Assembly: GCA_019058445.1 (NCBI GenBank)
Contig: JAHPZA010000005.1
Location: 32,001 to 96,000, forward strand
From: Promethearchaeota archaeon
GTDB taxonomy: Archaea > Asgardarchaeota > Lokiarchaeia > Sigyniarchaeales > SOKP01
Reading direction: 5' to 3'
Length of the DNA stretch: 64,000 nt
The notes under the pieces were generated by a model that made no database searches, was not told the origin of the DNA, and was given only the letters and a program-made list of their open reading frames with translations. The translations under genes and the position numbers were made by a program. Shown here piece after piece: positions 29,791-39,900 of this stretch (its first letter is position 1; the number at the start of each line of letters is the position of its first letter).

Positions 29791-30909
29791 ATGGGTAATC
29801 TTACTGTTGTTTTAGATATTGGTCAATTTTCGTCTAAAGCGGGTTTCGCAGGTGAAGATTTCCCATCTCAGGTATTTTTTACCATTGTTGGTAAACCTAA
29901 ATATCATAATCTTGATGCGCAATATGGTGGAGGAGCCGAACAGGAAGTTTATGTAGGAGAGGAGATTCAATCTCTTGGACTTTATAAAATTACCTCACCA
30001 ATTAATAAAGGAAAAATAATTGATTGGAGTTATTTCGAAAAGATTTTGGACTATATTTTTTATAATTTAAGAGTTGATCATACTTTAGTAAACGTATTAT
30101 TTGCTATTCATCCATTGTTTCCTAAAAAAGATCTCCAAAAAATATTCGAATTGTTTTTAGAGCATTATCAATGTATGGGATTTTATCCTGTTTTAGACTC
30201 TTTATGTACTCTTTATTCTGGTGGATTTCAAACAGGATTAATTATAGAAATTGGAGATAGTAGTACAAGAATCGTACCTATTTATAATGGATATAAAATA
30301 GATCATGCAATTAAAATTTTAGAAATTGGTGGAAGAGCTCTTACCCGGTATATGGAAACTCTTTTAGGATCCATAGGGTTTGCTTCTGATTCATCAATAA
30401 GGAGAGAATTAGTTCGAGTTTTAAAAGAAAAAGCATGTTTTGTTTCTTTGGATTATAAGGAAGATCTGAAAAGAAGTGAAGAATATACCAAACAATATTC
30501 ATTACCCGATGGGGCGACTATTTCTTTATCCAAAGAAAGATTCATTCTTCCGGAAGCTCTATTCAATCCCTCCTTAATAAATTTAGAACATTATTCATTA
30601 CCAGAAGCAATAATGGATGTAATTGAATTATGTGATGTTGATATTAGGGCTGAATTGTTAAATAATATCTTTTTGTCAGGAGGTTCTTCTATGTTTCCAA
30701 ATCTTAAAAATAGAATATATCAGGAGCTTGAACTCTTGATGGCAAGAAAAAAAATAGACAATCAAGGTATAAAAATTATTGCCCCAAGAGAGAGAACTTT
30801 TTCGGTGTGGGTTGGAGGATCCATTTTATCGATGATCCCGGAATTTTCTGACAATTGGATCACTCGGGCGAAATATTATAAGGACGGCATTCCAGAAGAC
30901 TTTATATGA
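29791..30909 (+). CDS. Actin-family protein (divergent Asgard actin-related protein)
   Basis: VVLDIG..SKAGFAGED.P (phosphate 1), EIGDSSTRIVPIYNGY (phosphate 2), LKEKACFV, YSLPDG, ERF..PEALFNP, CDVDIR, LSGGSSMFP and ER.FSVWVGGSILS. Confidence 0.96.
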   Translation: MGNLTVVLDIGQFSSKAGFAGEDFPSQVFFTIVGKPKYHNLDAQYGGGAEQEVYVGEEIQSLGLYKITSPINKGKIIDWSYFEKILDYIFYNLRVDHTLVNVLFAIHPLFPKKDLQKIFELFLEHYQCMGFYPVLDSLCTLYSGGFQTGLIIEIGDSSTRIVPIYNGYKIDHAIKILEIGGRALTRYMETLLGSIGFASDSSIRRELVRVLKEKACFVSLDYKEDLKRSEEYTKQYSLPDGATISLSKERFILPEALFNPSLINLEHYSLPEAIMDVIELCDVDIRAELLNNIFLSGGSSMFPNLKNRIYQELELLMARKKIDNQGIKIIAPRERTFSVWVGGSILSMIPEFSDNWITRAKYYKDGIPEDFI

Positions 30910-31032
30910 CTTAAACTCAGTAATATTGCACTTTATTTTGAAATCAGCTATTTTTAATGAGATGATATTGGGATATCACATTTTATTAAATAAAAAATGT
31001 TGATCTTATTCTTCACTATTAATTAAATTTTT

Positions 31033-31401
31033 TTGGTGTGTTATTTGGAAGAACTTCCTGAAAAAAGTTTCAATAAACAAAGTATGATGAGTAAATACGA
31101 TTTATTTAACAAAATCAAGGGAATTAATACTCCTGTAAAAAGCGATATTTTGATTGCTCTCTTGGATGGAGAATATCATTCTGAGACAGAATTAATCAGA
31201 TTAGCAAAAAAAAGGGGTACAAATTATCTTGGAGCAGTAACTTTAGGAACCATGGTCAATTCATTGAATCATTTATTAAAAAGTAATTATGTAGAGAAAC
31301 AATTTGTAAATGGTGAAATGAATTATAAAATCTCCGATAATTATGTAGGCCTTACGCGAGCAGCATATAATAACTGGCAGCATAAAGCATTTAAATATTA
31401 A
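31033..31401 (+). CDS. Winged-helix-like protein, paralogue 1
   Basis: DILIALLDG..HSETELIR, a helix, then the YVEKQ...YKIS wing. The true start may be the ATG at 31084. Confidence 0.65.
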   Translation: MVCYLEELPEKSFNKQSMMSKYDLFNKIKGINTPVKSDILIALLDGEYHSETELIRLAKKRGTNYLGAVTLGTMVNSLNHLLKSNYVEKQFVNGEMNYKISDNYVGLTRAAYNNWQHKAFKY

Positions 31402-31406
31402 GGGGA

Positions 31407-31775
31407 ATGATTTTGGATAAATTAGGAAAAGAATTTAATATTTCTACACTTATGAAAATCGTCTTTAAACCAGAATATTCCAATATGTTCAATAAGATCA
31501 CTAATATAAATGCTCCTGTAAAAAATGACATCCTAATAACTCTTTTAGATGGGAAATACCATTCTCAAACCGAAATTATAAGACTCATTAAAAAAAAACA
31601 TCAATATCTCGGTCCAATAACTCTTACGACCATGATAGAATCTTTGAATAGTCGCACAAAAAATAATTACTTAGTAAAAAAGATTGTAAATGGAAGAATT
31701 TACTATAAAATCTCTGATAATTATGTTGGCCTCACAAAGGCTGCTTTTACAAAATTCAGGTTTGCAAATATTTGA
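31407..31775 (+). CDS. Winged-helix-like protein, paralogue 2
   Basis: Clearly homologous to 31033-31401 (PVK.DILI.LLDG.YHS.TE.IR; YKISDNYVGLT.AA); GGGGA upstream of the ATG. Confidence 0.68.
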   Translation: MILDKLGKEFNISTLMKIVFKPEYSNMFNKITNINAPVKNDILITLLDGKYHSQTEIIRLIKKKHQYLGPITLTTMIESLNSRTKNNYLVKKIVNGRIYYKISDNYVGLTKAAFTKFRFANI

Positions 31776-31777
31776 GA

Positions 31778-33949
31778 TTATCGCTTAACACATTTATTAT
31801 TTACTATTTTATAATTCTCACAGCTAGAGCAAAAGCCTTTTGTAGTCTTACTGCTTAGTCCTTCAGCCCAACACTTCGGGCACATATAATATGAAAATTT
31901 GTTGTTCCCCTTTTTTGTGGAAACCATAAAAATATTAAAATTACAGATTGAACAAGTAGAATTCAATAATTTCAACCGACCCCGTTTAGGTAATGGCAAA
32001 TATTTTTTGCATGATTCATCTGAACATACAAGAAATCTCTTTCCCTTTAAATTAATATATTTCATAGGGACTTTTTTACAAAATGGACAATAAGATGAGG
32101 TTAATGGAAATTCCTTTTTCGGTTTTGGACTCAGTTCACTATTTTGAACCTTATAATCTTCGGCATTTTTAATCAATTCTTGCTTATTGGCAAGAAATTT
32201 ATCAAATAAAGTTAAGAAGTCTTTTTTAACATCCTCAATAACCGCAAGCATTTCCCGTTTTTCATCCTTTATCAATTCAAGTTGAGATTCAACTTCGTGG
32301 GTAAAATTAGGTTTTAGAAAAGGTAGCCATACTTTTATCAAATTTTCGATTAGAAAAGAACCTAGATTTGAAATAATGTATTTCGTTCCACTTTTATATA
32401 TCACTTTTCTCTGTTTCATGATCTCTATAATTGCGGGTCTAGTAGATTTTGTTCCCAATCCATGCTTTTCCATTAGTTTAAGAAGGGTGGTATCTGTATA
32501 ATGAGGAGGAGGCTTAGTCTCTTTTTCGTTATACTCAATACTTTTAACAGGAATTTTATCACCACCAATCTGTATTTCTGTATCATACTTTGGTCTTAAA
32601 AAGGGTGCAATTGTAAAAAAGCCAGAATCTACTAATGAAACAATCTGGGCTTTAAAGGGTTCATCTTTTATTAAGAGATCCAAATCTTGTTTAGATTCGG
32701 TGGCGCTTTCTCCAAAAAGTGCTAGATAATGTCTTGCGAGTAGGTCATAAATTTGTTTTTGAAGATTATTTTTTAATCGGGTGCTACTTAGTTCTAAACT
32801 AAATAGGGGTGAGATAGGAGGATGATCTCCAGCATCTTTTTTACCTTTAGTGGGTTTAAATCTTTTCTTTTTAATCAAATCTTGTGTATAATTTCCATAT
32901 TCAGAATGAGTTTTGAATAATTCAATTAGATCTCTATGGGGAAAGTCTGGTTTGTAAACATCACTGTCAGTTCTCGGATAGGTGATAATTTGATCTAAAT
33001 ATAACTGGTTCATAACGCTTAACGCTGTGTTCGCATTAATCTTTAAATTTTTTGTGAGTAAAATAAGTGCTTTATTAGTGTTTAATGGTGCTGGAGGTTT
33101 TCTCTTTACTATATTTTTGTTGAAATTTTCTATAAACGCTATTTTTTCATTCTTAATCTTACCATAAATATCCTTAGCTTTTACCATATCCTCTTTTTTG
33201 AAAGGATTTTTCTTATGATACGCTTTGAAAGTTGATGTTTCAGAAATTAAATTAGCGTCTATTGTAACATATTTTTCTGGAACAAAATCTATAATTTCCT
33301 TTTCTCTTAGATATAATAAATATAGTGCTGAAGTCTGTACTCGTCCTATTGAAGTAAAGGTGACTTTAAATTTTAATAATAATGGTTTCAATGTATTTGT
33401 TATTTCCCTTGTGGCAGAGAACCCAATAATTGCATCAAGTAATGCTCTTGCCTCACCAGCTTCAGCCCAGCTTAATTTGGGTTTAATTAAATTTTGAAAT
33501 TTTGTTTGTATCTCATTTTTCTGCAATGAACTTAGCCACAATTGAGATACCTTGATATTTGATTTCATTTTTCTTACATAAGGAAGAGCATCAAAAAATC
33601 CTATATTGCATCCTTCAACATCGGCATCTGTGGCGATTATTACCTCATGGCATAATTTTCCAAATTCTTTAAGCGCTGTGATATAAGGCGATGCATAACT
33701 TTTTGGCACTTTTTTAATGGCATCTGAATCCGTTATAATATTTCGAGGATTGGTTCTGCTCCAGCTTTTATATTTATCGGTATTTCGATGTTCAAGAATA
33801 TGTCCTCTAAGAGGTAATACAAAAATATCTTTTGAATAAACGTGATAAATACTAATATTTTTATTTTTTTTTATGATTTTAATAGGACCTAATGCTTCCG
33901 CAATTGCCTTTGCTGCTTTATTTTTCTCGGCAATTAACAATGTTGGCAT
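31778..33949 (-). CDS. topA: Type IA DNA topoisomerase (topoisomerase III type) with C-terminal Zn-binding domain
   Basis: TOPRIM motifs IAEK and ATDADVEG, SIGRVQT, active site ITYPRTDS, DHPPISP, GLGTKSTR and C-terminal CxxC pairs. Confidence 0.93.
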   Translation of the reverse strand: MPTLLIAEKNKAAKAIAEALGPIKIIKKNKNISIYHVYSKDIFVLPLRGHILEHRNTDKYKSWSRTNPRNIITDSDAIKKVPKSYASPYITALKEFGKLCHEVIIATDADVEGCNIGFFDALPYVRKMKSNIKVSQLWLSSLQKNEIQTKFQNLIKPKLSWAEAGEARALLDAIIGFSATREITNTLKPLLLKFKVTFTSIGRVQTSALYLLYLREKEIIDFVPEKYVTIDANLISETSTFKAYHKKNPFKKEDMVKAKDIYGKIKNEKIAFIENFNKNIVKRKPPAPLNTNKALILLTKNLKINANTALSVMNQLYLDQIITYPRTDSDVYKPDFPHRDLIELFKTHSEYGNYTQDLIKKKRFKPTKGKKDAGDHPPISPLFSLELSSTRLKNNLQKQIYDLLARHYLALFGESATESKQDLDLLIKDEPFKAQIVSLVDSGFFTIAPFLRPKYDTEIQIGGDKIPVKSIEYNEKETKPPPHYTDTTLLKLMEKHGLGTKSTRPAIIEIMKQRKVIYKSGTKYIISNLGSFLIENLIKVWLPFLKPNFTHEVESQLELIKDEKREMLAVIEDVKKDFLTLFDKFLANKQELIKNAEDYKVQNSELSPKPKKEFPLTSSYCPFCKKVPMKYINLKGKRFLVCSDESCKKYLPLPKRGRLKLLNSTCSICNFNIFMVSTKKGNNKFSYYMCPKCWAEGLSSKTTKGFCSSCENYKIVNNKCVKR

Positions 33950-34122
33950 ATTCTCATTAAATGTAACAAAAGCTTACTTTATTATTTTAATAAATAATAG
34001 TTTAATATTTAAAGAAAAACAACTTAATACTCGAGAGTCAATCAATTTTTAAGGATATTTGATATAAAGCCTAATTAAATTTTGAACAATTGGTTTCTTA
34101 AAATTGCTGATATATTATAATT

Positions 34123-36600
34123 TTAAACAGGAAGTGAAAAAGAAATAGTAGTTCCCTTATCAGGACCATCAGAAGTAGCCCATATTTTTCCACCATGGGC
34201 TTCAATAAATCCTTTAGAAATATATAGTCCCAGTCCCGTTCCCTTTTTATAACTTTCATCACTAATCTGTTTAACCATCTCGAATTTTTTAAACAGTTTT
34301 TCAATTTCCACTTCATTTAAGCCAATTCCATTGTCTTTAACTTTAAACACATAAAAGTTGTCAGCATTTTCTTTTTTAGCTGAAATTTCAATTCTACCAT
34401 TCTCAGGAGTGAACTTAATCGCATTTGATATAATATTCGAAAACACTTGAAAAATTCGGTCTGGATCAACTAATAGATTGATTTTTCCACTCATATCTAA
34501 TAAAGTTTCATGGTGTTTTTCTTTAATTAAGTAGCTTAATTCTTTTAGGCAATTTTCAACAATGCTACTCATATTTACAACTTCTTTATTTAATTCCATT
34601 TTTTGGGATTCGATTTTCATGACTTCTAAAAGCTGGTTCATTAGTTTATGTAATCGTGCGATGTTTCTTTGAACTATTTGCAAATCATTTTTTATTTCCA
34701 GTTCTAAATTCTCATATTTGTAAAGGATATAATCGGTATATCCTGCTATAGAGATTAGGGGAGTTTTTAACTCATGGGCTGCATGGGTGATAAATTCATC
34801 CTTTATTTTGTCAAGTTTCTGTAGTTCAATGTTTTTTTCTTCTAACTCTTTCGTTCTCTCCCTCACTTTTTGCTCCAGCTCTTTATTTAGCCTTAACAAT
34901 TCTTCTTCTGATTCTTGTATTTTTAAATCAGCTTGTTTCCTTTCTGTTATATCTTTAATAAACACTTGAAGTAAAGATTCATCTCCACCCTCTACAAATG
35001 AAGATTCTAACGATATCCAGAATTCTTTCCCATCTCCCCTATTTACTTTAAATTCCAGGGGTTCCAATTCATTTCCGGCTAATACTTGTTTAAATCGTTC
35101 ATGAAATATTGGTTCTAAATCCTTAAATCGCGAATCTCCTTTCATTATGAATAATTTCATGACATCTCTGAAATTTTTTCCAATAATATCATCTTTAGTA
35201 AGTATTGACAAAAATTTATTCATAGTGATATTACAATCAATTATATCTCCCTTTAGGTTTACTAACCAAACAGCATAAGGGGTGTTATTAAATAAATGAC
35301 GATACTTTGCTTCTGATTCTTTTAGCTTTTGTTCTGCTAATTTACTTTCAGTAATATCATGAAGAATTCCCCTCAATCCTACAACCCTATCATCTTTAAA
35401 TTTTGGGATCGAATGAATTCTGCCGTAAAATTGGCTTCCATCTTTTTTTTGCATTAAATATTCATGTGCTTTTGGTTTTGTTCCTTGGAGAATTTCCTTT
35501 ACTCTTTTAATTACTTGCTCTCTTTCTCTAGAATCAGGAATGAAAGTCAAAAAACTTAATCCCTTTTCTAGATCTTCTGGAGTATATCCAAATAATTCAT
35601 ATCCCATAGGGTTAGTGTAGGTTATATTTGATGATAAATCTGCCTCAAAAATAACATCTGGAAGCACTTCTGTTAAATCTCTAAATTTTTGCTCTGATTC
35701 TTTTAAATTCTCTTCTGCAAGTTTTCGATCGGTTATATCTTCATAGGTTAATAAGATGCCAACTACATTTCCTTTAGAATCATGAAGGGGAATTCTATTT
35801 ATGTCAAACCAAATATTTTTATTAATATTATAGTTCCAAGATTCAATGATGTGATATTCAGCATTGCCGTTTTCTATAACGCGCATGTCGTTAACCCTTG
35901 AAGAATAAGCAAATTCTTCACCCCATCCCAGATCAAAATCAGTTTTTCCTATCAGATCTTTTTCTTCGTTGAGACCCATTAGCTTAAGAAAATTTGTATT
36001 ACAGCCTAAATAGATTAATTCTTTATCTTTCCATGCGATATACTGGGGAATACTATCCATCACTAATCTTAGCATTTCTTGTGATTCTTGATAAGCTGCA
36101 ATAGCTTGTTTTGGCTGAAGAAATTTCCAAAAACGGATTTCAGTTAGATTATCAATCATTTCTTTAAATCTATCCTCACTTTTTCGAGTTATCCCTGCTT
36201 TGGACCTGTGGATTTCCTTTGCTATAAGCAGAACTTTAATTTTACCATCCTTTTCAAAATATCTCATTGCTTTCATAGTGACCCAAATATAACTACCATC
36301 CTTACATTTGATTCGTGTTTCTCCTTCCATTTCACCAACTGTGTATACTTTCTTTAAGCTATTAAACGTCTTTTTTTGATCTTTTGGATGGATTAAATCT
36401 GTAGCTATGTGTCCAATTAAATCTTCTTCCGAATATGCTGTTAGGATCTTATGCGCCTTGGAATTTATATATTCAAACTTATATTCATCATTTAGAATTG
36501 CTATTAAATCAGTAGCATTTTCTGATACAATCTTAAATAAAAGCTGTGAATTTAAACTGTGAAAATTATTTAATATATCAACCAATTTAATCCCCTTCAT
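34123..36600 (-). CDS. Cytoplasmic PAS (4x) histidine kinase
   Basis: Four PAS/PAC units, H-box AHELKTPL, N-box NIISNAIKF, DNGIG and GTGLGL. Confidence 0.93.
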   Translation of the reverse strand: MKGIKLVDILNNFHSLNSQLLFKIVSENATDLIAILNDEYKFEYINSKAHKILTAYSEEDLIGHIATDLIHPKDQKKTFNSLKKVYTVGEMEGETRIKCKDGSYIWVTMKAMRYFEKDGKIKVLLIAKEIHRSKAGITRKSEDRFKEMIDNLTEIRFWKFLQPKQAIAAYQESQEMLRLVMDSIPQYIAWKDKELIYLGCNTNFLKLMGLNEEKDLIGKTDFDLGWGEEFAYSSRVNDMRVIENGNAEYHIIESWNYNINKNIWFDINRIPLHDSKGNVVGILLTYEDITDRKLAEENLKESEQKFRDLTEVLPDVIFEADLSSNITYTNPMGYELFGYTPEDLEKGLSFLTFIPDSREREQVIKRVKEILQGTKPKAHEYLMQKKDGSQFYGRIHSIPKFKDDRVVGLRGILHDITESKLAEQKLKESEAKYRHLFNNTPYAVWLVNLKGDIIDCNITMNKFLSILTKDDIIGKNFRDVMKLFIMKGDSRFKDLEPIFHERFKQVLAGNELEPLEFKVNRGDGKEFWISLESSFVEGGDESLLQVFIKDITERKQADLKIQESEEELLRLNKELEQKVRERTKELEEKNIELQKLDKIKDEFITHAAHELKTPLISIAGYTDYILYKYENLELEIKNDLQIVQRNIARLHKLMNQLLEVMKIESQKMELNKEVVNMSSIVENCLKELSYLIKEKHHETLLDMSGKINLLVDPDRIFQVFSNIISNAIKFTPENGRIEISAKKENADNFYVFKVKDNGIGLNEVEIEKLFKKFEMVKQISDESYKKGTGLGLYISKGFIEAHGGKIWATSDGPDKGTTISFSLPV

Positions 36601-36917
36601 TAGACTTTTTTATTTTAGAATTATTATTCTTACAAAAAAGCTTTGTGATGTAAAATAATATTTTTACTAATATGTAAATATCATTTATCATAAAAATATT
36701 TTGAAGCACATAAAAATTTTAATAATTTTGTCTGTAAATAAAAAGATAATAACATTTATTTTATAAAAATCCTCTCTCAAACCTAACATGATTTCTAAGT
36801 TAGGTGAAAATAAACCTAATGCTTAAATGGATTTCATTCGCTAATAAAAAATATTCTTAACTCATCCAAGAAGACAATTAAAAGACAAAAAAGCGACACT
36901 ATATTTATTTTAAAACC

Positions 36918-39900
36918 TTACCATGGAACTGTGAAAAAAACTTCTGTACCTGTTCCTTTCCCTTCAGATCTCGCCCATATCTCACCATTATGGCCCTCAA
37001 TAATTCCTTTTGTTATATAAAGACCTAACCCACTTCCCGATTCAAATGTTGAAGCACCCTCAGGACTTTTTTCTAACATTACAAATTTTTCAAACAAGTG
37101 TCCAATTTCGTCTTTATTTATTCCAACACCAGAGTCTTTCACTTTAAATAAATATTTACTATCCTTCTCAAGTTTCTCTGCAGACACTTCTATTTTACCA
37201 TTGCGAGCTGTAAACTTTATGGCATTTGATAATAGATTTGTAAATACTTGGGTTATTCTATCGGAGTCCACTTCTAAGGATATATTGCTATCTACAAATA
37301 CCTCGACTTTTAATTCCTTTCTATTAATTTGAAAGTCCAATTCATTTATACATTTTTGAATAATTTCTCGTATATTTGTATATTCTTTATTAAATTCCAT
37401 TTTTTTAGCTTCAATTTTAAGAACATCCATAAGCTGTTCAATATATCTGCCAAGTCTTTCCACATTGTTTTGGACTCTTATCAAATCATCTATTATTTCA
37501 GGATCTAAATTCTTGTATTTAGTTAGAATAAGGTCTGTATATCCTCCAATAGATATTAAAGGAGTTTTCAATTCGTGACTCACCATAGTTAAAAAATTAG
37601 TCTTTAACTGATCTAATTTCTGTAATTCAATATTTTGCTCTCTCAATTTGCGCCCAGATTCCTTTAATTTTTGTTCAAGTTCAAATTTTTCTGTAATATC
37701 GATAAATGTCCCTTCAATCTCTATTGGCTCTCCTTTTTCATTTCTAATTAAGTGAGAGTGCACTTGGAGAATTATTGTCTTTCCATTTTTGTCTTTTACT
37801 TTAACGACATAATTTTGAATAACGCCATGCTCCATTAATTCCTCATAATATCTTTTTCTCTCTTCTGGGTCAATAAAGAAGTGATCAGATCTCACTCCAA
37901 TAAAGTTTTCTTTTAAGTCAAATCCCAATATTTTATTAAATGTGGAATTATGAAGTAATAATTCACCCCCAATTTTTCCTCTATAAAAGCCAACATCTAA
38001 ATTATTTATCATACTTCTATATTTTTCTTCCGACGTTTTTAATAATTCTTCCGCCTCCTTCTTCTCAGTAATATCAATCATAACATTTAAATCAGCTTTT
38101 TCACCTTGTAATTGAATACTTTTTGTATAGAGCTCAACCCACTTAATTTTCCCAGATTTCGTGACGTATCTAAAACTAAAATTATTAGCACTATCATGAC
38201 CCGCTTTTTGTTGGTTTAGAATCTGTTTAAATATATGAGGCCGATCCTCTGGATGAATTCTATAGGTAAAATGATTTCGTTTCCATGCTAACATTTCTTC
38301 AAATGTATACTCACTAATCTCGGACATTGCTTTATTGGTATATACTATAAATCCATTTTTTACAATTCCTATTCCCAGCAAAGAATTTTCGGCCATAGAT
38401 CGGAAATTTTCTTCTGATTCCTTTAATTCCTTAGTCCTTTCAAGAACTTTTCGTTCTAACTCTTTATTTAATTCTTTTAATTCTTCATCCGCTTCCCTAA
38501 TCTTTTGCTCCGCTTTTTTGCGCTCGGTCACATCTCTAGAAATCAAAATCCCTTTCATTTTATTATCTTTGTCATAAAAGACCTGTCCTTTTACTTCAAT
38601 CCAAAGATAGTGCCCATCTTTATGCCTCACTCTAAATTCACCTCTCCCCTCAGTCTTTCCTCCTCTAAGTTGTTTAAGACCTACTTCAACGTCATCTGGA
38701 TGGACAAGGTTTAAAATCGACGTGCCCAAAAGATCTTCTTTTGTATATCCTAATATTTTTAAGTGAGATTGTTCATTAATATATTCATATCTGACTCGTT
38801 CATTAAGTAAACAGATCAAATCATTTACATTCTCAGTAATGAGACGATATTTTTCTTCCGATTCTTTAAGTTTTTGCTCAGCTTTCTTTTTTTCTGATAT
38901 ATCCATCGCAACACCTACTACTTTAACAGTGTCATCAATATCTACCAAATTTCCCCTCACAAATACAGGTATATAATGGCCATTACGATGTCGTATTCTT
39001 AATTCCGCTGATAGAATTTGCTCACTCACTTCTGCCTTATCCATTATTCCTTTCAATTTTTTTATGTCTTCAGGGTAGACGAATTTATAAACATTTTGAC
39101 CGATTAGATTTTCTGGCTTAAATCCGAATATATCATAACATTTAGGACTAATATAAGTAAAATTTAACTCTAAATCTAATTCGACTATGATATCTGAGAT
39201 ATTATTTATAATATTGCGATATTTTTCTTCAGATTTCTTTAATTTCTGTTCTAACACATATTTTTCGGTAATATCTCTTATTAATCCATTAAAACCAACT
39301 TTTTCTCCATCTAAATTATATTTTAAGTATACTGAGATCTCAAGCATTATTACTTTTCCATCTTTTCTTGTGATTTTATGAATAAACTCGCTTAATCCAA
39401 CTTCTGTTTCATAAACCTTATTAAAACTCTTATAAAGTTCGTTTTTAGTTTGCTCGTCAACAAAATGCTCGAAATTTTTATCTAATAATTTATATTTTGG
39501 ATAACCAATAATTTCACATAATGATTCATTTAGAAACTTAAAATCCCCCCTCAAATCGACTTCAAAATAACCTGCTTTTAATTTTTCATGAAGATCTCGG
39601 TATTTTTTTTCAGAATCTTTAAGCCTCTGTTCTAAAATAAACCTCTCAGTAATATCTTCATAAGTAGTAAGTATTCCTATAACATTACCCTCAGGATCAT
39701 AAAGTGGTATTCTATTAATATTATACCATACTTTACTCCCATTCGGTAAAATCCAGTCTTCAACTACATTATATTCTGGAGTCCCACTGTTAATTACTTG
39801 CTGTTCAGCTTTTCTGGTCTTTTCTAATTTGTATTTAATCCAAATTAAGTCTTTATCCTTTTTACTTATAATATGGTTTGGATCATCTAATCCATTAATA

